Virus record (IMG/VR): IMGVR_UViG_3300043959_000048
DNA length: 36,695 bases
Source of the DNA: a virus
Direction: 5' to 3' (one strand)
How positions within the stretch are numbered: position 1 is the first letter of the stretch; every line of letters starts with the position of its first letter. The position numbers and the translations under genes are program-made. Shown piece after piece: positions 1 to 5,939 of the stretch. The notes beneath the pieces are model-generated. The model was not told the DNA's origin. It saw only the letters and a program-made list of their open reading frames with translations, and ran no database searches.

Positions 1-30
1 CCCGCCCTGTCCGCAATAAGGGTTCCCGGC
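1..30. repeat. attL core (direct repeat cccgccctgtccgcaataagggttcccggc)
   Basis: Identical 30-mer at 36666-36695. The repeat may extend leftwards beyond the window. Confidence 0.85.
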
Positions 31-48
31 AATATACCTGGAACCCTT
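18..48 (+). terminator. Hairpin spanning the att core/phage arm junction (AAGGGTTCC - 13 nt - GGAACCCTT), followed by TAATTAT
   Basis: Perfect 9-bp inverted repeat, 18-26 with 40-48. The left arm belongs to the att core and the right arm is phage DNA. It could rebuild a terminator for the upstream host gene. Confidence 0.3.
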
Positions 49-151
49 TAATTATGCCGTATCACCCATGGCAGTAGGCATCCCGTATAATGCAGACAAC
101 AATAGCACATAGTGCCTAAGAGTGTTGTAAAGTGCTGTAAAGTTGTTACTT

Positions 152-171
152 GTGTGGTGCTTCGTGTGGTG
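152..171 (+). promoter_or_regulatory. Candidate integrase arm-type binding sites (GTGTGGTG x2, 12-bp register), attL arm
   Basis: GTGTGGTG at 152-159 and 164-171. The same octamer pair with the same 12-bp register and orientation occurs at 36581-36588 and 36593-36600. Confidence 0.4.
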
Positions 172-217
172 AAAAACAGCAACGGAAACGCGCCACACTA
201 AGACGGGGGGGCGCATC

Positions 218-1573
218 ATGGGTCGACGCAGATTCGGCAGCATCGTCGCCGTTGGGAAAGACAAGCGTGCATGGATAGAAGCGCGCTACACGCCACCGAC
301 AGCCTTGCGTGACAAGTGGCCGCGAATGCCCAGACGATTCGCCAAACGATTCCCCGAAGGGTGGGAAATCCAAGCCGAGCAATGGCTCAACGATGAGGAG
401 AGACTCATACGTCTCGGGACATGGACGCCGCCGAGCCAGCGACGACACCAGCATCAGGGCGAAACCACGACATTCCACGATTACGCGACGAAATGGATAG
501 AGCGGCGCCGCAAACCCGACGGCAAGCCAGCAAGGGAAACCACCAAGCAGAAATACCGGGAGAACCTGCGAAACCACCTCGACCCGGCATTCGGCAGCAA
601 GCCGATATCCGAGATCTCCTACCACGACATCACCGAATGGTACGACCAGTATCCCATCGGAGCTGACGGCAAGGGAGAAGCGCAACGCGTCCAATGCTAC
701 GTCCTGCTCAAAGCCATCATGAAAACCGCCGCCACCGAGCCACTGGACGACGCAGGCACCACGCTCATAGACAAGTCGCCAGCCACATTCAACATCGCAA
801 AATCCAGGAAACGGCATGTCACGCTCATAGCCGAAATGGGGGAGCTGATCGCCATCAGCAGTGCGATGCCCGACTGGCTGGCGCTCGCCGTCGTATTGGC
901 GGGCACTCTTGGATTGCGCGAGGGCGAGTGCTGCGGATTGCGGCGAAGCGATTTCGAACTGGATGCTACTCCGCCCATGCTGCATGTGCGGCATGCGGTC
1001 AAGCCCATATACGATGCTCATGGTCATCGGTCGTTGATATTGGATGAGCCGAAAACCCCTGGAAGCATGCGCGACATCGTCATACCGGACAGCTTGATCC
1101 CACTGATAATCGACCAGTTCGACCGTTACTCCGGCGAGGGCGATGATGGCATGCTGTTTCCGGGGAGGAAGGGCAATGCCTTGTTTTCGCCGCAGTCTTT
1201 GCGCAATGCCTGGGAGCGGGCTCGAGGCATCGTTCCACGCTTGAGAACCATGAGATTCCATGATCTGCGTGACACGGCGCTGACTCGCTTGGCCGAGTTG
1301 GGTGCTACCGGGGGCGAACTGATGGCGCAAGCCGGGCACACATCGCTGAAGGTCGCATCGGTATATCAGAAAACGTCTGACTCGCATCGTGGCGAGGTGA
1401 TGGCACGATTGGATAGGGCTATTGTCGGTGCGGAGGAGCGTCCTGCGAAAGCTTCGGGAGCATCCGCTTCATTGGTCGATGAGCTGGCGAGACTCGGCGA
1501 AATGCACGGATCCGGTGTATTGGATGATGAGGAGTTCAAATCGGCGAAGAAAAAACTATTAGGGGAGTCCTAG
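218..1573 (+). CDS. int: Tyrosine recombinase (phage integrase) with C-terminal SHOCT-like tail
   Basis: 451 aa. A G-rich SD (7 G, 205-211) precedes the ATG. Catalytic signature is visible: LREGECCGLRRSDF (Arg box), RFHDLRDTALTRL (H-x-x-R) and AGHTSLKVASVYQ (His...Tyr). First gene inside attL. The tail LVDELARLGEMHGSGVLDDEEFKSAKKKLLG looks SHOCT-like. Confidence 0.92.
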   Translation: MGRRRFGSIVAVGKDKRAWIEARYTPPTALRDKWPRMPRRFAKRFPEGWEIQAEQWLNDEERLIRLGTWTPPSQRRHQHQGETTTFHDYATKWIERRRKPDGKPARETTKQKYRENLRNHLDPAFGSKPISEISYHDITEWYDQYPIGADGKGEAQRVQCYVLLKAIMKTAATEPLDDAGTTLIDKSPATFNIAKSRKRHVTLIAEMGELIAISSAMPDWLALAVVLAGTLGLREGECCGLRRSDFELDATPPMLHVRHAVKPIYDAHGHRSLILDEPKTPGSMRDIVIPDSLIPLIIDQFDRYSGEGDDGMLFPGRKGNALFSPQSLRNAWERARGIVPRLRTMRFHDLRDTALTRLAELGATGGELMAQAGHTSLKVASVYQKTSDSHRGEVMARLDRAIVGAEERPAKASGASASLVDELARLGEMHGSGVLDDEEFKSAKKKLLGES

Positions 1574-1605
1574 GGCTGAGTCTCTACACCTGCTAGGCTG
1601 GTCCC

Positions 1606-1845
1606 ATGATCGACGATGACGCCGAGGGGCTGGAGCAGCTGAGGCGAGATAGGCTTGCCGAGGCGGAGCGAGGGTTGCGGAAGCTGGTGCGAGAGGGGTT
1701 GTTGACGCCGGAGACTTACGGCAAGATATGGATGGTGTTGCACACTGAGTCAGCGCGGCTTGTTGAGGCCGAGCAGGTGCGGGGAATGCACAGGATGCGG
1801 AAATCGAATTGTGAAGGTTTTCCTTGGCGGTGTCTATGGGGTTGA
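1606..1845 (+). CDS. Hypothetical small protein (79 aa), uncertain
   Basis: ORF follows int with no clear SD. The first ~55 codons have G/C-ending codon bias. It contains REGLLTPETYGKI, faintly SHOCT-like. Its stop lies inside the TTGACA box of the next promoter. Confidence 0.3.
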   Translation: MIDDDAEGLEQLRRDRLAEAERGLRKLVREGLLTPETYGKIWMVLHTESARLVEAEQVRGMHRMRKSNCEGFPWRCLWG

Positions 1846-1871
1846 CATTCTCCCCCATGCGTGTCTATACT
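1842..1871 (+). promoter_or_regulatory. Near-consensus sigma-A/sigma-70 type promoter of the cargo operon
   Basis: TTGACA (1842-1847), 18 nt, TATACT (1866-1871). The SD AAGGAGA (1888-1894) and ATG 1900 follow. Confidence 0.6.
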
Positions 1872-1878
1872 ATAGACA
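1862..1878. promoter_or_regulatory. Candidate operator: perfect 17-bp palindrome TGTCTATA-c-TATAGACA over the -10 box
   Basis: Read directly from the sequence. An extra TGTCTAT half-site lies at 1831-1837. Confidence 0.5.
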
Positions 1879-1899
1879 TCAGCGATCAAGGAGAACGAC

Positions 1900-2235
1900 A
1901 TGGACGCGATCACCAGCCGGATCGGCAAGTACAGTCCCGACGACGACGATTCGATCATCTACGAGGTCTCGGATGCGCAGGGGATCATCTGCGCGCTCTA
2001 CCTCGACCCCGAGCACCACATGATCGAGAACGTCGAGACCCGTGACGACCGGCTGCATGAGGGATTCGCCACGAGACTCTTCGCCGCCGCCGATGACGAG
2101 ATCGGTGCGTTCCTCGCCCCCGAATTCTGCCGCACCTCGGATGGTCAGGGATGGGCGGATCACATGGAGAACGAGGGGTACAGCGTCATGGATGTGGATA
2201 CCGCAGAGAAAATAGTGTATGGGGAGGATGAGTGA
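1900..2235 (+). CDS. Hypothetical small acidic protein (111 aa), first gene of cargo operon
   Basis: Strong SD AAGGAGA 5 nt upstream of the ATG, directly downstream of the promoter. D/E-rich. I recognise no family. Confidence 0.65.
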   Translation: MDAITSRIGKYSPDDDDSIIYEVSDAQGIICALYLDPEHHMIENVETRDDRLHEGFATRLFAAADDEIGAFLAPEFCRTSDGQGWADHMENEGYSVMDVDTAEKIVYGEDE

Positions 2236-2236
2236 C

Positions 2237-2626
2237 ATGGACATCGCCGAATTGACAAGAGAGCTGGCGCATCGGTCCGACATGGACCTGGACGCGGCAC
2301 GGGAGTTGGCAGATGAATACTTGTCGCAGGCCGAAGCCGTGGATGATCGGAAGATAGACCGATCCGACATCTCCGACGACGATGCGCAGACGGTTTTCAC
2401 CGCGGCAGAAGTCGGTGAGACGCTCGACCCGCAGTCGCCGGCTCTAGGCGAGATCGAGGATATGACCGCCCGCATCGGTGAGCTGACGCATAGGATCGGA
2501 GACATCGCGGACCGTCGCAATGAGCTGATCGTCCGCGCGTATCATCGAGGCACAAGCGTGCCTAGGCTCACATCGGCCAGCGGTCTGAATCGGTCAAGAA
2601 TCTACGCGATCCTCAAAAAAGCATGA
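2237..2626 (+). CDS. Acidic protein with C-terminal helix-turn-helix (about 129 aa); candidate operon autoregulator
   Basis: SD GGGGAGGA at 2221-2228. The ATG at 2237 lies 1 nt after the upstream stop; alternative in-frame ATGs are at 2219 and 2228. The C-terminus RRNELIVRAYHRGTSVPRLTSASGLNRSRIYAILKKA reads as an HTH. Confidence 0.65.
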   Translation: MDIAELTRELAHRSDMDLDAARELADEYLSQAEAVDDRKIDRSDISDDDAQTVFTAAEVGETLDPQSPALGEIEDMTARIGELTHRIGDIADRRNELIVRAYHRGTSVPRLTSASGLNRSRIYAILKKA

Positions 2627-3825
2627 GACGCGGCAAGCCGATCACGCAATACGGGGCGGACGGGAATTTCCTGCGGTCCTTCGACAGTAGGACGGAGGCC
2701 GCGTCATGGCTGAGAGATCATGGTCATCCAAAAGCTAAGGTAGGGGGACTGTCCCGTCTCACCGACGGCATCATCTATGGATTCCGCTGGCGAGATGGAA
2801 GGCATGGCGGGTCAGTGCCGGCCGACGACGGGCATGCGTACAGACGGGTGATTCTGCGTTTCACGGACGGGCACCTCGACGGACGCTTCGACTCGCTGGC
2901 CGATGCGGCCCGCGACCTGGTGGCGCACGGCCACCCAAAAGCGGTGTCCGCGACAATCGGAAACGTCGCACAAGTCCCACTAAGGCGCGCCTTCGGACAC
3001 CAGTGGCGGTATGAGGACGAATGGGACGGGAAAGACCTAGCGACATACGGGCCAAGGAAGCATCGGGCCAGAAACAAAAGCGCGTATGTGCACAAAAAGG
3101 TTGACGCGAGGAAAAAGCCGGTCATAGGCACCGACGCCAAGGGCGTGGTCATGAGCTTCGAGTCGGCTTCCGCTGCGGCAAGACATCTCCGTGGTCACGG
3201 ACATCCAAAAGCGTACTCGCATCGGATCGGCGAAGCGGCGCAAGGGCGCGCGCCCACCGCCTACGGATGGACGTGGCGGTACGGACACGGGGAAAAAGGA
3301 TCATCGACCTCGAATGGCGAGTCAAATTCGCACCTGTGGCTGCAATGGAATCACACGCGGCGCAAATGCCGCTCGCCCAAGGATGCGGCATGGGGGCGTT
3401 ACGGCGGGAGGGGAATCCGCGTGGACCCGACGTGGGAGGACTACATGACCTTCCATGAGTGGAGTCTCGCGCACGGGTACAAGGATGGCCTCACTTTGGA
3501 TCGCAAGGATCGCGACGGCGACTTCACGCCGGACAATGCGATCTGGGTGAAGCCCGGGGAGGGATATACCTACGTCGCGCCCGGTCTGCAAAAAGCAGTG
3601 ATCCAGATCAGCGACGGAGTGGAAGTGAATCGCTATCGGAGCGTCCAGCGGGCCGCCGAATCGCTGATCGCCGCCGGAAGCGGAGCGAAAAGCGGCGACA
3701 GGACCACCACCATGTCCAACATCGTATGCTGTCTCAAGGGGCGCACGAGAAGCGCTTATGGCTTCTACTGGAAATACGTCGCGGAGGACGACATCAAGGC
3801 CGCTGGCGATCCGTCATCACAGTAG
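2623..3825 (+). CDS. Homing-endonuclease-like DNA-binding protein: 4 NUMOD1-like repeats around a His-less HNH_3/AP2-like core (400 aa)
   Basis: ATGA start/stop overlap with the upstream gene. Three repeats carry an invariant HGHPKA and end in G(F/H/W)xWRY (aa 5-57, 74-130, 164-220). A fourth, diverged repeat ends SAYGFYWKY (aa 323-385). The central WGRYGGRGIRVDPTWEDYMTFHEWSLAHGYKDGLTLDRKDRDGDFTPDNAIW resembles the ...LDRIDnnGnYxPxNxxW core of phage HNH_3-type proteins, but the catalytic His position reads LDR. Confidence 0.7.
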   Translation: MRRGKPITQYGADGNFLRSFDSRTEAASWLRDHGHPKAKVGGLSRLTDGIIYGFRWRDGRHGGSVPADDGHAYRRVILRFTDGHLDGRFDSLADAARDLVAHGHPKAVSATIGNVAQVPLRRAFGHQWRYEDEWDGKDLATYGPRKHRARNKSAYVHKKVDARKKPVIGTDAKGVVMSFESASAAARHLRGHGHPKAYSHRIGEAAQGRAPTAYGWTWRYGHGEKGSSTSNGESNSHLWLQWNHTRRKCRSPKDAAWGRYGGRGIRVDPTWEDYMTFHEWSLAHGYKDGLTLDRKDRDGDFTPDNAIWVKPGEGYTYVAPGLQKAVIQISDGVEVNRYRSVQRAAESLIAAGSGAKSGDRTTTMSNIVCCLKGRTRSAYGFYWKYVAEDDIKAAGDPSSQ

Positions 3826-3865
3826 GACCACAGCCTGCATCGACACCACCTCCTACGCGAGAAAA

Positions 3866-3893
3866 GCCCCCACCTCCGCAAGGAGGTGAGGGC
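3866..3893. terminator. Convergent terminator between cargo operon (+) and lysis cassette (-)
   Basis: Arms GCCCCCACCTCC and GGAGGTGAGGGC form a 12-bp stem with one mismatch and loop GCAA. On the minus strand it is followed immediately by UUUUCUC. On the plus strand a T-run (3904-3907) follows after a gap. Confidence 0.6.
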
Positions 3894-3938
3894 GATTCGC
3901 GTGTTTTCAGACTGTCAACTCATGGTTGACGGCTGGAT

Positions 3939-4247
3939 CTATTCGGCGTCCTTAGGTGTGCCGATGTCGAGCAGCGCATCAAGCCACGCGCTGGTAATGC
4001 CCACAGCCTTGAAAGCTGAGTAGGCGACCTGCACACCGCCGATGACCGCGAACACGCAGGTCAGCCATGCGGCCGGATCGGCAGGGATGCCGGCGATGAA
4101 GCCGGTGGCAAGGCCCGCAAGCAGGCTGACTCCGATACTGATAAAGCGAGCGACATTGCCGCTCAGGGCGTGCGTTTTGATGGCCTGCACGATGTAAGGC
4201 ACGAGGATCGCGCTGATAAGCGTGGCGATCAATTGGATAGTGGTCAT
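3939..4247 (-). CDS. Holin (102 aa, 2-3 transmembrane segments)
   Basis: Small hydrophobic protein with a charged C-terminus (GTPKDAE). It lies immediately downstream of the endolysin and is the last gene of the minus-strand operon. Confidence 0.75.
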   Translation of the reverse strand: MTTIQLIATLISAILVPYIVQAIKTHALSGNVARFISIGVSLLAGLATGFIAGIPADPAAWLTCVFAVIGGVQVAYSAFKAVGITSAWLDALLDIGTPKDAE

Positions 4248-4256
4248 AGTGTGTCC

Positions 4257-5219
4257 TTAGATTCGTATGGTTTGCCCGGGGTGGATGAGGTTGGGGTTTT
4301 TGATGTTGTTTTTGGCTGCCAAGGCCTGCCAGGTGGTGTGGTGCGTGGCGGCGATACCGCTCAAAGTGTCGCCTTTGCGCACCGTATACGTGGCTGCTGC
4401 TGCGGGTTTCGCTGCCGGGGCCGGAGCAGGGGCTGCGACGTCGATGAGGATCGATTGTCCTGCGTTGATGCGGTTAGCGTCGCGAATGCCGTTAAGCTGT
4501 TGCAGGCGCTGCCAGGTGGTGCCGAAACGATTGGCGATGCCGCTCAAGGTGTCGCCCGCCTTGATAACGTAGGAGCGGACGCCGGCAGCAGGCTTAACGG
4601 ATGCGGGAGCAGGCGCGGGGGCAACGGCAGGCTTGGCTGGGGTTGGTGCACCCCATTTGACCTGCCCGTAGTCGGCTAGGGATGTGCGCACGAAATCACA
4701 GTCGCCCCCACCCAGACGCTGGCCATTGGCATACTGATACATCCGGATGCCTTGAGCGACCTTGCCGCCGCTCCATGCATAGGTCTGCCACGCCGCATAA
4801 CCGCGTCCCATGGCGTGCGCGCACGGCCCGTAGCCCGCATACACGCCAGTCAGCGCCTTGCCGAGCACGCTGGCGGCTCCGTCAAGGTATGCGTCGAGCA
4901 ACGCGTATTCGCCCGGACGCATGTCATAATCCACTGCGAAATACACAAGAGACAGCGGCAGGCCCAGAGCAAGGGTCGCATTACGGGCGTCCGTGGCGTC
5001 GTTGATACCGGCTTGGTGTCCGCCTTTAACGGTCGTGCCGGTGGTCTCGTACACGAGCGTGAGCGAGAGTCCTGCGGCTTTGATCTGCGCGATCTCACCG
5101 CGGGACAGTGCTTTCGACCCTCTGCCGGTCAGGTAACGGATTACGCCCACGCGTCCCGCGGCTTTGACCTGCGCGAGATTGGGACGCGCCCACGCGTAAT
5201 CGATAAGTTCAGTAGCCAT
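4257..5219 (-). CDS. Endolysin: N-terminal glycoside-hydrolase-like (DUF1906/Rv2525c-like, GH25-like) domain plus 2 LysM repeats
   Basis: SD AAGGAGG. Two LysM motifs are present: YVIKAGDTLSGIANRFGTTWQRLQQLNGI...INAGQSILI and YTVRKGDTLSGIAATHHTTWQALAAKNNI...IHPGQTIRI. They are joined by Ala/Pro linkers. The N-terminal pattern is VIRYL...AAGLSLTLVYE...VYFAVDYD. Confidence 0.88.
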   Translation of the reverse strand: MATELIDYAWARPNLAQVKAAGRVGVIRYLTGRGSKALSRGEIAQIKAAGLSLTLVYETTGTTVKGGHQAGINDATDARNATLALGLPLSLVYFAVDYDMRPGEYALLDAYLDGAASVLGKALTGVYAGYGPCAHAMGRGYAAWQTYAWSGGKVAQGIRMYQYANGQRLGGGDCDFVRTSLADYGQVKWGAPTPAKPAVAPAPAPASVKPAAGVRSYVIKAGDTLSGIANRFGTTWQRLQQLNGIRDANRINAGQSILIDVAAPAPAPAAKPAAAATYTVRKGDTLSGIAATHHTTWQALAAKNNIKNPNLIHPGQTIRI

Positions 5220-5254
5220 TGATGGCCTCCTTGATAGTTATTTCGGGTATGAAA

Positions 5255-5278
5255 AAACCGCCCCAGGTGGAGCGGTTT
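5255..5278 (-). terminator. Intrinsic terminator-like hairpin between XhlA-like gene and endolysin
   Basis: On the minus strand AAACCGC...GCGGUUU forms a stem of 7 bp plus 2 further pairs, followed by UUUC (six U in total). Confidence 0.5.
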
Positions 5279-5301
5279 AACGGCTGGTAGGTCGAGGGCG
5301 G

Positions 5302-5610
5302 TTAGTGCATGATGAGTGGTATGGCCCATTCGAGCAGTCCCACGATCAGGCCGACGACGGTGCCGGCCGCGCCGGCTGCCTTCCACACCGAGTCCTTGAG
5401 ATCCTGCACGGTGCTTTTCAAATCGGCCATATCATCGTCCGTGTCGGCTTTGAGGTCGTCGATACGCCTGTTGACGTGTTTGATGTCGCTCTCGTGCAGC
5501 TCCTGCGACTCCAGGCTGTCGAGCCGGTGGTCGATGTCGTTGAAGCGCTGGGTCATGGTTTCTTTCAGGTCCTTGAGCTGGGCTGAGATCACATCAGGCG
5601 AATCAGGCAT
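5302..5610 (-). CDS. XhlA-like lysis-associated protein (coiled-coil N-terminus, single C-terminal TM)
   Basis: 102 aa. SD AAGGAG. The heptad-like charged N-terminal part is followed by the hydrophobic segment AAGAAGTVVGLIVGLLEWAIPLIM. Positioned just upstream of the lysin/holin pair. Confidence 0.6.
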   Translation of the reverse strand: MPDSPDVISAQLKDLKETMTQRFNDIDHRLDSLESQELHESDIKHVNRRIDDLKADTDDDMADLKSTVQDLKDSVWKAAGAAGTVVGLIVGLLEWAIPLIMH

Positions 5611-5671
5611 GTGAGAATACTCCTTGCGGTGACGATGGCGACGATGGAATCCTCAGACACAATGCACCCAC

Positions 5672-5929
5672 TCAGGATCGTTGGTATAGGGCGGTGCACA
5701 ATACGTCGCCAGTGCGCACCGCGTCGGAGTATACGTTGTCCGACGGGCTTGTCGGGACACCAATAGATGTGAATCCAATCCATCCCATTGATACGGAGGA
5801 GATCCAGCAGATGAATGAGTATCCGGGCACGGTTGGCGCGGTGACCGGCGCTTGGTTGGAATTGGAGAGACTCACGACTGTGCTCTTGGCTATGATCGGT
5901 CTGTCGTGCAGTATTGAGGTTCGTGTCAT
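5672..5929 (-). CDS. Hypothetical protein (85 aa)
   Basis: TAAGGAGcaaccc-ATG: a strong SD 6 nt before the ATG, directly after the fibre gene stop. No recognisable motif. Confidence 0.5.
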   Translation of the reverse strand: MTRTSILHDRPIIAKSTVVSLSNSNQAPVTAPTVPGYSFICWISSVSMGWIGFTSIGVPTSPSDNVYSDAVRTGDVLCTALYQRS

Positions 5930-5939
5930 GGGTTGCTCC

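Noticed and set aside
1-30. att core as the 3' end of a tRNA or tmRNA gene
   Set aside because: There is no T-arm/T-loop (GTTCRANYC) or acceptor-stem/CCA pattern on either strand of the 30-mer. This cannot be decided without the flanking host sequence.
205-211. G7 tract immediately upstream of the integrase ATG as a phase-variation switch
   Set aside because: The tract is short and sits 6 nt upstream of the ATG, where it most simply serves as the G-rich Shine-Dalgarno sequence. A length change would not shift a reading frame.
146-1387. 413-aa ORF on the minus strand covering most of the integrase locus
   Set aside because: It is an antisense shadow ORF of the integrase gene in G+C-rich DNA. 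It has no SD and a low-complexity Arg/Gly/Pro-rich translation, while the plus-strand frame carries a full tyrosine-recombinase signature.
1900-2235. GNAT-type acetyltransferase toxin (with 2237-2626 as antitoxin)
   Set aside because: The only hint is a faint motif-A-like stretch (RDDRLHEGFATRLFAAA). At 111 aa the protein is far shorter than GNAT toxins, and no acetyl-CoA-binding pattern is visible. It is kept as hypothetical.
5589-5783. 64-aa minus-strand ORF overlapping the 5672-5929 ORF and the XhlA-like gene start
   Set aside because: It has no SD and overlaps two ORFs that each have strong AAGGAG sites.
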